DNA of 43,151 nucleotides, taken from assembly GCA_040326155.1 (NCBI GenBank), contig JBEQLE010000033.1:1-43151 (forward strand), written 5' to 3'. Below the pieces are notes generated by a model. The model saw only the letters and a program-made list of their open reading frames with translations, was not told the origin of the DNA and did not search any database. The stretch is from Leptospirales bacterium (GTDB taxonomy: Bacteria > Spirochaetota > Leptospiria > Turneriellales > JAOUFE01). Both the position numbers and the translations under genes were made by a program. This document shows, piece after piece, positions 27,862 to 37,865 of the stretch. Each line of letters starts with the position of its first letter. Position 1 is the first letter of the stretch.

Positions 27862-29388
27862 TTACTTCGGAACGGGCAACAACTCTTTGATGTTGGAAAT
27901 TCCGTACTGGCTTCGGAGCGGGTAGTGAACGTCGACCTTGGCGGAAATGTCTACGCAGGCTTGTCTTTCGAAGATGACTACGCAGTCGGAGCCACCGAAT
28001 TGAAAGAAGGAGAACATTTCGCCTTTTTCGAGGTGTTTACCGACCATCTCTTTCTGGACCATTTCGTTGACTTTTTCGACCTGTTGGTCGTAGGTCATGT
28101 TTTTCTTCTCGTCTGCGGTCAATTCTATTGGTTTGTAAGTTCCGTCGGATTGTTTGCTGGCAAATACAACCGAAGATACTTGGGCCATTCCCATCGGTAA
28201 AATTGCTACTTTACCGATCGGGGTTTGAAGTACGATTAGTCCTCGGCACTGGACGAATTGGTAACCGGTCGGGTCTTCCGCGTCGAGCAGTCTTTGTGGA
28301 ATTACCGTTCGGGCGAGTTCGCCGTGAATTTCTTCAGGGTCAACATCTTTCAGGTTGACTTCAAGGTAGACCTGGCCAGGGATGAATTTTGCTTCGATAA
28401 CTTTTCCACCCATCGGTGTGTGTTGTCTGTGGTAGTCATAGGTGTTTAAAAAGCTGTGAACCAAAAGACCGCCCTCAAAATTTTCGGCGTATTCGCTGTC
28501 GGCGAGAAGTTCGTGAATGGGCCACTCAATGTGTTTAACCACAATGGAAGATTTAGCAGGCAACGGCTCGCCGACAGGAACAGTAATGGCACACTGCGTG
28601 ACAAAAGTAGACTCGGCGGGAAATACTATGACACGGTCGTTATCAGGTTGTGCCACGGGACGTTGTACGGCAATATCTTGAAATTGACGGGCAAAAAATG
28701 AGTTGAACGTTTTATAATCCTGGGGAGGATGCTGGAACTGCTGCCAGTCATACTCGGGGGCGTATTTAAAACTTTCAAGGTGTCTGGCCGATTTTTCAGT
28801 GTCGAGAAAGTCACCCCAGCTTACGGCAAAATCACGAAGCCATTTTGAAATAGGGGAAAGGTCTTTTCCTTTGACCGGATCAATCGGGCTTTGAATCGAT
28901 TCGAGTTCCGGTTGGTTGAAATAGTAGTAAAACTGGGTAATTCGCAGGTAAGGCGTTCTTTCGTGGTACGACTCACCATACATATCCCAGTGGCGAATTC
29001 CGGGTATCCAGGTTGCCAGACTGTCAACGTAATAGTAATACTGGTCCAGCGTTTTAATTTTTTTTAGCTCAGGAATTTTCTCTTCGGCGACTGTTGCAAT
29101 GGCCGCATCAAACAAACCCTGGTAGTAATTTTTCTCGATAATTTCTTTCAACTCTTTCGTTACTTTTTGTCTGGGTTCATAGCTTACACCTATTGGCGGA
29201 AGGTTCCATAAAAAAGGACGCTCCATAACCTTCAACCATGCGCTCAACCATTGGGAAGCTTCCTCGCCTAATGTATCTGGTTTCGCCGCCAGCAATTCGT
29301 CAACGTGCGCCAGGGCGCGGTTTTGGTCATGGACTCCGGCTACACGACTGAGCGCTTTGGCGGATCTTTTTTTTACATTTCTACTCAT
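27862..29388 (-). CDS. Phosphatidylserine decarboxylase family proenzyme
   Basis: FNSFFAR, PAES, FLNTYDYHRQH, GMAQVSS, FQFGGSD self-cleavage motif. Confidence 0.9.
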   Translation of the reverse strand: MSRNVKKRSAKALSRVAGVHDQNRALAHVDELLAAKPDTLGEEASQWLSAWLKVMERPFLWNLPPIGVSYEPRQKVTKELKEIIEKNYYQGLFDAAIATVAEEKIPELKKIKTLDQYYYYVDSLATWIPGIRHWDMYGESYHERTPYLRITQFYYYFNQPELESIQSPIDPVKGKDLSPISKWLRDFAVSWGDFLDTEKSARHLESFKYAPEYDWQQFQHPPQDYKTFNSFFARQFQDIAVQRPVAQPDNDRVIVFPAESTFVTQCAITVPVGEPLPAKSSIVVKHIEWPIHELLADSEYAENFEGGLLVHSFLNTYDYHRQHTPMGGKVIEAKFIPGQVYLEVNLKDVDPEEIHGELARTVIPQRLLDAEDPTGYQFVQCRGLIVLQTPIGKVAILPMGMAQVSSVVFASKQSDGTYKPIELTADEKKNMTYDQQVEKVNEMVQKEMVGKHLEKGEMFSFFQFGGSDCVVIFERQACVDISAKVDVHYPLRSQYGISNIKELLPVPK

Positions 29389-29620
29389 ATTATCTCCTTA
29401 AAACTTTAGTTTGTAAATTGTCTTTCAGGGATCAATTATACAAATGTCCTTACGAGTCAAATATATAAAATTAAATATAGTTTTTAAAAATTCAGGTATT
29501 AAACAGACCAGATAAAGTATTGACACTTTGAACTTAATATACAGATTTCCCTATAATACATAGTTTCATATCTAAACAGAAGCGGCAAAGTATATACAGG
29601 GAACGATCCAGGAGAATAAA

Positions 29621-29968
29621 ATGGCGACAACTCGTAAAACAATATTGGTAAAAAACCAGTCTATCCGTGAAGTTATTGATGCCAGTAAAACGCATCTAAG
29701 CTCTAAAGGATTTAGAATTCAAGATACGAATAATAATTTAATATGTACTCGTGGTAGCGGCCTCTTGACATCTCAACAACGGTTTATTTTAAAATTCACC
29801 CAGAAAGACGAAAGCTCCATTCAAATAGACGGGGAGTTCTTTACACTTTCCTATTATTTTTTAAAAAGCACTGTTGATGAAAAAGCAATATCGGGCGCTA
29901 TACCAAGACGCAAGGGGTATAAGTTGATGGAAGAATATATTTCGAGCATCGATGAAACAGTCGCTTAA
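29621..29968 (+). CDS. Hypothetical protein
   Basis: 115-aa ORF with AGGAG RBS. Confidence 0.75.
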   Translation: MATTRKTILVKNQSIREVIDASKTHLSSKGFRIQDTNNNLICTRGSGLLTSQQRFILKFTQKDESSIQIDGEFFTLSYYFLKSTVDEKAISGAIPRRKGYKLMEEYISSIDETVA

Positions 29969-30074
29969 AACCCGAAAGCCGGGTGCCTCTCTTCAAAAAT
30001 GTTTTATTTTTATGCTGCGTAATTAAATATGGTTCGTGGAATCAATTTTCCGGGAAAAAATCTAATACAGTATT

Positions 30075-30497
30075 ATGGACGAAATTAAAATTGGCGTTGC
30101 AGGGTACTCTGCCCAAAAATTCGATACATCTGAAGCTATAAAAATACTGAAAGAAGCGTATAATATTATTGCCGGCCAATTCGCGGGAAAATCGATTGTC
30201 GTGATTTCGGGCCTGACAGACATTGGAATTCCGGCGCTGGCATATAGAGAAGCGGTTTTAAGGGGTTGGCGAACCGTCGGGTTGGCTTGCGCGCTGGCGA
30301 AAGACTACGCCTGTTTTCCTGTTGATGAAGAAATTATTATGGGAAAAGAGTGGGGAGATGAAAGTCCCCACTTTTTAGAAATAATAGATGTGTTGGTCAG
30401 AGTCGGCGGAGGAAAACAGTCCTTGAAAGAAGCGGCGCAATTCAAAAAAAATGGACATCAGGTACTGGAGTATAATTTACCGGCCCTGCAAAAATGA
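30075..30497 (+). CDS. Standalone SLOG (Smf/DprA-LOG) superfamily protein
   Basis: IGVAGYS, VISGLTDIGIP, TVG, VRVGGGKQS. Confidence 0.7.
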   Translation: MDEIKIGVAGYSAQKFDTSEAIKILKEAYNIIAGQFAGKSIVVISGLTDIGIPALAYREAVLRGWRTVGLACALAKDYACFPVDEEIIMGKEWGDESPHFLEIIDVLVRVGGGKQSLKEAAQFKKNGHQVLEYNLPALQK

Positions 30498-30532
30498 ATT
30501 TACACTGCCGTTGGGCGAATTAAAAGGTTAAT

Positions 30533-31846
30533 ATGAGTAAGCTAAGCGAACAATTTAAAAAAAATAGTATCGGTGTAAAAATGGCTACTATTGCCGTATT
30601 GGCATTGCTTTTATTGATACCAGCGTTCATGATTAGTTCATTAATCCATGAGCGACAGTCCAGAAAAAATGAAGTGATTTCAGAAATCAGTTCGAAATGG
30701 GGTAATGTACAGGTAATTACCGGTCCGTTTCTTTCGGTCCCTTATAAGAGCCATTATCGCAATAAGGATGGTGCAAAAAAATCTATAATAGAATATTATC
30801 ATATTTTACCGGACAAGCTGAATTTTACAACCGATTTATCCAGTACTGTAAGGTATCGCGGTTTATATGAAACGGTTTTATACAGCGGCAATATACATAT
30901 TTCTGCAAAGTATTTACCAATTAAAGTAAAGAACCGGGAAATCAGTAGAGAAATTCTCTGGGACGAAATTTATCTTTCTCTGGGTATAAATGATTTAAAA
31001 GGAATTACCGAGCAAATTCATATATTGGTAAATAATAAAAAATATTTAATGGAACCGGGTCTTATACATGAAGATTTAGCAGATTCAGGTGTAAGTACAA
31101 CTTTACATAATTTCAATATTTCACGCCCAATAGAAATAGAGTTTGATGTTCAGTTAAACGGCAGCCGGTATATTCAATTTATTCCCCTGGGAAAAGAGAC
31201 AACCTCAGAAATAAAATCTGACTGGAATACGCCAAGTTTTTCCGGATCATTTTTGCCTGTGGATCATACTATTAATAAAGATGGTTTTTTGGCGAAATGG
31301 AAAATATTACACCTAAATAGAAATTACCCCCAGCAGTGGGCTGCAGATCAATATGATGTGGAAAATTCCGCCTTTGGCGTAGATTTAATAATTTTGGCAG
31401 ACGTTTATCAAAAGTCAATGCGAACATCAAAATATGCGATTCTGTTTATTGGATTAACATTTTGCGCTTTTTTCTTTTCTGAAATTTTTAACAAGCAAAG
31501 AATACATCCCGTACAATATTTATTTATCGGGTTTGCAATTGTAATTTTCTATATACTTCTAATCGCCATCGCTGAACATATTGGGTTTGGGTATGCCTAT
31601 TTGTTGGCCAGTTCGGCTATTATCGCTTTAATAACATTTTATTCTGTACCGATGCTCAAGAATAAAAAAGTATCTGCTATTATTTTTTCTTTAATGGCAA
31701 TACTGTATGGCCTTCTTTATATAATATTGCAGTTAGAAGACATGGCTTTATTATTAGGGTCGATCGCTATTTTTGGCGTACTTGCTGCAATCATGTACAT
31801 AACCAGAAAAATTGATTGGTACCTCATTAATCTTGACGAAAAGTAA
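30533..31846 (+). CDS. creD: Cell envelope integrity protein CreD
   Basis: ER..ISSKWG.Q.ITGP.L.VPY, PSFSGSFLP, KYAILFI, IHPVQY, MYITRKIDWY. Confidence 0.96.
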   Translation: MSKLSEQFKKNSIGVKMATIAVLALLLLIPAFMISSLIHERQSRKNEVISEISSKWGNVQVITGPFLSVPYKSHYRNKDGAKKSIIEYYHILPDKLNFTTDLSSTVRYRGLYETVLYSGNIHISAKYLPIKVKNREISREILWDEIYLSLGINDLKGITEQIHILVNNKKYLMEPGLIHEDLADSGVSTTLHNFNISRPIEIEFDVQLNGSRYIQFIPLGKETTSEIKSDWNTPSFSGSFLPVDHTINKDGFLAKWKILHLNRNYPQQWAADQYDVENSAFGVDLIILADVYQKSMRTSKYAILFIGLTFCAFFFSEIFNKQRIHPVQYLFIGFAIVIFYILLIAIAEHIGFGYAYLLASSAIIALITFYSVPMLKNKKVSAIIFSLMAILYGLLYIILQLEDMALLLGSIAIFGVLAAIMYITRKIDWYLINLDEK

Positions 31847-31989
31847 AAACTATATTTTATAATTCAAACGCTATGGAGGTTATTCCATACTGACGGTTTT
31901 GCGAATGAAATGGTTACAAAAATCGTGTTATTTAATGAATAAGAGAAATTGTTATAAGGCGCAGGAATTACGAAATACGAATTCGTCAA

Positions 31990-34065
31990 TTAAATATATA
32001 TAAAAAGGGATTTCCCGTAATCAGGATAAACATACTCTCTGTATTCTATTTCTTCGGAGACCTCATCGAACATAGGTGTAATCTGTTTGCCAGTTGTCTC
32101 ATGCAATATCATTACAATGTGGTTCGGCGTAGAGATAATAAGTTTTTCATTATATTTCATCAATTGTTCGCTTTCACTTTCAATGTAGCGAAGTTCTTCT
32201 TTATTCCACTGTCGTGTAACTTCAGCATGAAGCACAGTAATCGGACCTGTGCGCGTTAAAATAGCCCCTTTTAATTCTCGAAGCAACTCTTTATACTGGT
32301 AACGTGCGTGAAAATGTTGCCCGGTATGATAAGCCTTACGTAGAGCAGGAATAATTCCATGAATATATACATCACCGTGCACTCTCGAATACTCGCCCGC
32401 CCGCGATATCCACTCGTCGCCTTCTTCCTGGTCGCTTTTTTTATTGTATATGGCCAGTAGCAAGCCATTCATTTTAAAAGAGTGTAAAGGCACTGTGCGC
32501 AGGCCTGCGATGGACCCGATCTCTTCAGCTGGAAACCGTTTTGCAAAAAATGGATCGATTCGTTTTTCGCTTGCGATCGTTGTGTCACATACTTCTTCCG
32601 TCGAAACTTTAATAATAGGATCATTATACAATATGTATACATGGTGTCGCCAGAAATCTTCCACACCGGCGCCCATAATATAGGAATAACACCCGATCTG
32701 GTTGTCAAAAAACATGAGACACAAACCGTCCGCATGCATAGATTCTTTAATATAATGAAATGCCGCTTCCATCTCTTCGGTCGGCTCTGATGCCTCATAC
32801 AAACGTTGCAAAATTCTGCCATACTCACTAAAACGCATATCGGCAAATTGCTCTTCAAAAATTTCAACTTCTCTTCCTAAAGAGTCTACTACATCCTTTT
32901 TCCCTCTACCCACTTCGTCCATCAGGTTCATCAACTCATCAGAAAAAGCTCTCTGGCGTAACTCTTCCGCTTTTTCAATTTCTTTTAAGTCGAACTTTTC
33001 TTTCGCAGGAACCAGCCACTCTTCCTGCATCGGGTCAAGTAAAACAAATTGCATTTCAGGGGGTTCCATTTCTTCGCCCCACTCTTCCACAACCCTCATA
33101 TGAATGGGTTGAGCGGCGACTTGATTTTTTTCAAGAACAACACTGCCTTCCACCGGTTTTTCAATTTTAAAATCCTGTGGTTTCAAGGCATTCTCAATTT
33201 TGCCCATATTATTGCGCAAAATATCAAGAGAGTCCCGGTTTTTTTCCAGAATCATTCGTATAACATCGGAGTTTGTCATTACGTCTGTTTTCTCACGAAA
33301 AAAGATAAACCCAAGCAGAAAGAGTGAGATAATAAAGGCATATATGGAATAATACCCGTTCAAAGAAGGAGTCGGCAAAAGCAATCCTACGTAATTATCG
33401 CCTAACGGAATTCTCTTCCAGATAATTCTGTGCGGTCGGCCTAAGTCGACGCTGGTAAAAGATTCTTCAGAGAGTGAAACTTCAATTAGTTTTTGCTCAA
33501 TTTTCTTAATTTCATTTAGAGAAACTCTTTCTGGCTCATTTATTCGAATAAAATTTCTGGAAGGAGGAATAAAAAAAGTTACTGTTTCTGGATGATACGC
33601 TTTTATAGCGGTTTCAAATACAAGATACCCGATTGCTTTATCTCCATAGTAGCCCAACACTTTGTAAATGCCAAAAATTCCACCGGGCAATAGCGCCATT
33701 TTTGAAGAACCGTTATTTTTTAAACCCTTCAAATAGGGCAACAAAGATTCAATTTGAAAGTTCCCATTCGTTGAGGCGAAAACATGAAAATTTTTATCAA
33801 TTAAAACAACAGACTTCACCGCATGGTTAACGCTTTCTATTTCTTTTAAAGTATCTTCTGACAAACTATTAAGCCAGAAATAACGAGAAAATTTTCCCGA
33901 TTGAACTTCGGCCTCTATCTTTTCGTTAAAATTTTCGATCTCTGCAATGACCCCTGTAGAGTAATCACTCAGACCCCTCTCCAGCTCATTGTAGTTGCGA
34001 AACCAGTACTCCAGTACAACCAGAGAAAAGGTAACCAAAATCATTATGTATGCTATTCTTTTCAT
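31990..34065 (-). CDS. Two-TM membrane protein with periplasmic sensor-like and cytoplasmic GAF-like regions
   Basis: 691 aa; TM helices near residues 5-22 and 240-257; GAF-like pattern in the C-terminal half. Confidence 0.7.
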   Translation of the reverse strand: MKRIAYIMILVTFSLVVLEYWFRNYNELERGLSDYSTGVIAEIENFNEKIEAEVQSGKFSRYFWLNSLSEDTLKEIESVNHAVKSVVLIDKNFHVFASTNGNFQIESLLPYLKGLKNNGSSKMALLPGGIFGIYKVLGYYGDKAIGYLVFETAIKAYHPETVTFFIPPSRNFIRINEPERVSLNEIKKIEQKLIEVSLSEESFTSVDLGRPHRIIWKRIPLGDNYVGLLLPTPSLNGYYSIYAFIISLFLLGFIFFREKTDVMTNSDVIRMILEKNRDSLDILRNNMGKIENALKPQDFKIEKPVEGSVVLEKNQVAAQPIHMRVVEEWGEEMEPPEMQFVLLDPMQEEWLVPAKEKFDLKEIEKAEELRQRAFSDELMNLMDEVGRGKKDVVDSLGREVEIFEEQFADMRFSEYGRILQRLYEASEPTEEMEAAFHYIKESMHADGLCLMFFDNQIGCYSYIMGAGVEDFWRHHVYILYNDPIIKVSTEEVCDTTIASEKRIDPFFAKRFPAEEIGSIAGLRTVPLHSFKMNGLLLAIYNKKSDQEEGDEWISRAGEYSRVHGDVYIHGIIPALRKAYHTGQHFHARYQYKELLRELKGAILTRTGPITVLHAEVTRQWNKEELRYIESESEQLMKYNEKLIISTPNHIVMILHETTGKQITPMFDEVSEEIEYREYVYPDYGKSLFIYI

Positions 34066-34070
34066 ACCAA

Positions 34071-37000
34071 TTACAACCGGTCGAAGGTCATCCCTTTTGT
34101 AGATATTTTAATAACAAGTAACTCTTTGGCGCCCACCGCTTTTTTAAAAGAACGAGTAATTTTTGCGCGTGACGAAACAACAACTACCGCTGCGCCGGAA
34201 TTTGAAATAAACACTGTGTACCCTTTGTATTCACGAACTTCACGAAGCGAACGCGTGCGAACAAGATATTGTAAAAGCCTCTTTTGTAGCTCGCCTTTTC
34301 CGGCCCCATGCGAAAATGTCTGGCCCGTAATCTCAACCATCCTTTCATACGTTCTGGAATAACCGCTTTTAGAAATAAGAGAGAAGAGAGCCGCAGAAGG
34401 CACAAGAACCCGTTTTAAATTGCGAGGGTTCCGACCATTGTACGCCGCAATAACATCGGCAAGATTCTCGTTGCCAAGATAAACTTTAGCGGTTAATGAA
34501 TAACTTCGTATTTTGCCCGCCATAGGCACCCAGTAAAGACCGGGCTTGCCTGGTATTTTCGACGTAATTATACCGCTGGGGGAACCACGGCGAATAACGG
34601 GCCGCTCCTCAAGTTTTTGACGCAATCGGCTAATTTCTGCTCGAAGCATTTCTACTTCTTCAATCAAAGCGTCGGCGGGTACCTCAACCTTGGGATACTT
34701 TTTATTGTATTCCACGGTAAAAGAGCGAGAGACTCTGTTGCCTGCCAGGTCTTTTACAATAAAATCAATATTGTTTTCCCCTTCGTCCAGTTTTACTATG
34801 GCAGAGAATTCGCCCGTTTCCGGATTTATGTTTGTAATTTCAACATTCGGGTAACCAATTATTTCAAAAGAAGTATTATCAACCGCTCTTCCTTTTATAC
34901 GTAGTACATCGAGGCCAGTCTTTTCAGGCAACCTGCGAACATAAAGAATCGGCGGCTCTGCATCTAAAAACAGTTCTATTTTTTTTCGACCAACACGTCC
35001 CAGTTCGTCTACCCATGACAATGTTAAAACACTTTTACCATCTTTCAAAACAAAAGGTAGTCGAAAAGTACGAGTCTTCGCATCCATTACGGCGCTCTTT
35101 CCGCTTAAAATTATTTTAGTAATTCCTTTGTCATAAGTTCCCGTCAATTCCACTTCGCTTTTTATAAAACTCACAGAGTGGTCATCAAGTCGGGCGCTGA
35201 CTACCCCCGAACTCGATTCAATAATATAACTGTCCGTCTCTTTTCTTCCATCATCATATATTTTAGTTACAATAATTACATTTTTACCCTTCACAATCGG
35301 GATTTCAGTAGAAAAACTTTTATCTTCTTTTATCTCTATAGGAATTGTCTCACCGGTATCTTTCTTTATAACATAAAAACTTTTTAAAACGGGACCAAGT
35401 ATATTACCTGAAATAATCACTCGGTCTTTCAGCGTAAAGTCGGGTATCAGATCATTTCGTATTTCCACAATCGTAATTTTAGAAAGGAAATTGACCTCAA
35501 GCGATTTCACAGTAGACTTACCGCCCTTATCGGTTGCGCTGACCTGATACGTGTAAACACCTTCTTTTTTTATCGATGCTTTAGCGGTAAAACGATAAGA
35601 GTCGTTTCCTAGAGGTTCTAATTGCGCTTCAACCTGGTCGGGCAAAATAATTACTTTATCGATATTCTCATCTTTTACTGTTCCTGTAATAATTGCAATG
35701 TTGCCTGTTATTTTATCAACATCAACCGGGTCAACAACCAACTCGGGCGCAGCCTGGTCGATAATAAAATCACGTTGAACAACAGTTTTGTTAAAACCAA
35801 TATCAACCGCAGTAACCTTAATTTTTTCATTGCTGGAAAGAGGATACTCAAAACGAAAACGCCGTGTCTGGCGGTTCAAATTTCCTACAATTTTTCTGGT
35901 TCCTATGGAAATTTCAAGGCCGGTTAAATTCAGCTCCTGGTAGGAACCCGAAACCGTAGCTACGTTTGCGCCTGCTGGCGGTTCCCTGAAAAAAAGTTGT
36001 ATTTTGGGGCGCCGGTTATCTACAATTATAATTCCATAACTTGTATTCTCATCTCCGCTCTCATCTTTAGCCGTTACCGAAACCAGGTATTTTCCATCTT
36101 CAAGTTCAGTAGTATTCCACGTAACGATGGGAATTTCAAAACCTTCATGTTTGGAGTTTGTTTTTAATTTAATCCATTTCTGGGGTGTCTTTACCGCAGT
36201 GTAATCAAAATCATCCGCTTTGGCAATAAGCTTATAGGCAACATTCACAGCCTTAATTTTTTTATTGCTGCTAATAGTAGCAAAAATAGTTACCTCCCCT
36301 TTTTTTGTGTAGCCACTTTTAGACAAGTTAAAGTTTACCTGAGGGGCGTCTTTTTCCGATAAGAAAATTCCACCTCCATCCGTACCGGCAAAAACCGACC
36401 CACCTTCGACAAACCCGGAGGTAATAGAAAGTTCGGTAATACCACTTTTACTATCAAAATTCTTAAAAAGAAGGGTATTCTTATCCATCCGGCTGAGTCC
36501 ACCAAATGTTCCTATCCAGAGAAATTGTCCATCATCAAGCAGGTACTGGACGTTATCGTCAACGAGCCCTTCTTCCGAAGTATAAGGTTCAAAACGAAGA
36601 GTTTCACGGTCGAATCGGGAGATACCTCCGCCCATGGTTCCCACCCAGACCACATCGTGGTCAATTGTAATGCTTGTTATCAATAAACTATTGAGCCCAT
36701 TCCCGACTCCATAGCTGTCCCAGAAATCTTCGTTTGGGTCATAATAACTCAATCCGTCACCGCCGCCAGCCCAGACAAGAAGTCCATCCGAGACCAATAC
36801 CTGAACATTTCCACCGGCAAGCCCTTCAATGGCCGTGTAAGCCCTCCAGGTATTGTTTTCAATATTAAAAATATCGACTCCAAAAGAAGTACCCACAAAC
36901 AGTTCACCACGATGCAGGCATAACGTATTTACATTGTTGTCTGAAAGTTTACTATTTCTTTTATTGTATATAACAGTCTTTCCCGTTTTAAGGTCAATTC

Positions 37001-37319
37001 TGACAATTCCTTCTGGAGTTCCCGCCCAGGCTCCAGTTTCACCCGGCTCAACAACAACCGTTGAAACATAATTATCAGGCAAACCATTCGAGGTTGTATA
37101 AATTTTCGTCTTCCTGAAACTTCGATCAAACTGGGTTAAACCACCTGCTGTAGCCACCCAGTAATAATTAGTACTGAGTTTTATCTCTTTCACAAACAGA
37201 CTGGATATTTTTGGCTTCCATTTTAGAAAACTCTCAGCAGAAAGATTTGACGAAACGCCAACAAGAAGTAAGCAAAGAAAGCTACGTAAAAAATATTTTA
37301 TTAATACCGATTTATTCAT
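34071..37319 (-). CDS. Secreted beta-propeller + Ig-like repeat protein
   Basis: Signal peptide; GLxxNxV..WxGTxGG propeller repeats; VTAxDxxGN Ig-like repeats; coiled coil; LysM-like segment. Confidence 0.85.
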   Translation of the reverse strand: MNKSVLIKYFLRSFLCLLLVGVSSNLSAESFLKWKPKISSLFVKEIKLSTNYYWVATAGGLTQFDRSFRKTKIYTTSNGLPDNYVSTVVVEPGETGAWAGTPEGIVRIDLKTGKTVIYNKRNSKLSDNNVNTLCLHRGELFVGTSFGVDIFNIENNTWRAYTAIEGLAGGNVQVLVSDGLLVWAGGGDGLSYYDPNEDFWDSYGVGNGLNSLLITSITIDHDVVWVGTMGGGISRFDRETLRFEPYTSEEGLVDDNVQYLLDDGQFLWIGTFGGLSRMDKNTLLFKNFDSKSGITELSITSGFVEGGSVFAGTDGGGIFLSEKDAPQVNFNLSKSGYTKKGEVTIFATISSNKKIKAVNVAYKLIAKADDFDYTAVKTPQKWIKLKTNSKHEGFEIPIVTWNTTELEDGKYLVSVTAKDESGDENTSYGIIIVDNRRPKIQLFFREPPAGANVATVSGSYQELNLTGLEISIGTRKIVGNLNRQTRRFRFEYPLSSNEKIKVTAVDIGFNKTVVQRDFIIDQAAPELVVDPVDVDKITGNIAIITGTVKDENIDKVIILPDQVEAQLEPLGNDSYRFTAKASIKKEGVYTYQVSATDKGGKSTVKSLEVNFLSKITIVEIRNDLIPDFTLKDRVIISGNILGPVLKSFYVIKKDTGETIPIEIKEDKSFSTEIPIVKGKNVIIVTKIYDDGRKETDSYIIESSSGVVSARLDDHSVSFIKSEVELTGTYDKGITKIILSGKSAVMDAKTRTFRLPFVLKDGKSVLTLSWVDELGRVGRKKIELFLDAEPPILYVRRLPEKTGLDVLRIKGRAVDNTSFEIIGYPNVEITNINPETGEFSAIVKLDEGENNIDFIVKDLAGNRVSRSFTVEYNKKYPKVEVPADALIEEVEMLRAEISRLRQKLEERPVIRRGSPSGIITSKIPGKPGLYWVPMAGKIRSYSLTAKVYLGNENLADVIAAYNGRNPRNLKRVLVPSAALFSLISKSGYSRTYERMVEITGQTFSHGAGKGELQKRLLQYLVRTRSLREVREYKGYTVFISNSGAAVVVVSSRAKITRSFKKAVGAKELLVIKISTKGMTFDRL

Positions 37320-37418
37320 ATAACAGGACCGAAGCTGGAAAACGGCGTACGGGTTTCCTTTCTAAACTTACTATAGTATCGGTAAATTATGAAAAAACAA
37401 CATTATTTCCGGTAAGAA

Positions 37419-37865
37419 TCAATCTAACCAGGGGTAACTGACAAAAGATTCGGGGGTTTTTCCGGTTAATACATCTTTTATTTGCGAAATACAGAGGGGA
37501 TAAATCGTAAGTTGGTCCAATTCTTCAAAATCAGCCCAATAATGGCCAACCAGAGGTCCATCGGGAACAAGTTTTAATTCCCCCTGAATTGTATCAATTC
37601 GTAAAACCAGTTGCATTACCTGTCTTCGCTCAATTCCCTTATGTGGAACAGACTCTCCCGAAAACAAGAGTCCCGAAGAGACAATATCCACAGATAGCTC
37701 TTCTTGCATCTCTCGAGCAAGGGCCTGCGTAACGGTCTCGCCTTTTTCCTGGCCTCCGCCGGGTAATAAATAGTAATCTTTTCCGAATTTGTGGTGTTTT
37801 ACAAGCAGTAATTTACCGTTTTCTACATATAAACCAGCGACTCGAATTCGGATATCTTCCGACAT
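37419..37865 (-). CDS. NUDIX hydrolase
   Basis: LPGGGQEKGETVTQALAREMQEEL Nudix box. Confidence 0.93.
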   Translation of the reverse strand: MSEDIRIRVAGLYVENGKLLLVKHHKFGKDYYLLPGGGQEKGETVTQALAREMQEELSVDIVSSGLLFSGESVPHKGIERRQVMQLVLRIDTIQGELKLVPDGPLVGHYWADFEELDQLTIYPLCISQIKDVLTGKTPESFVSYPWLD

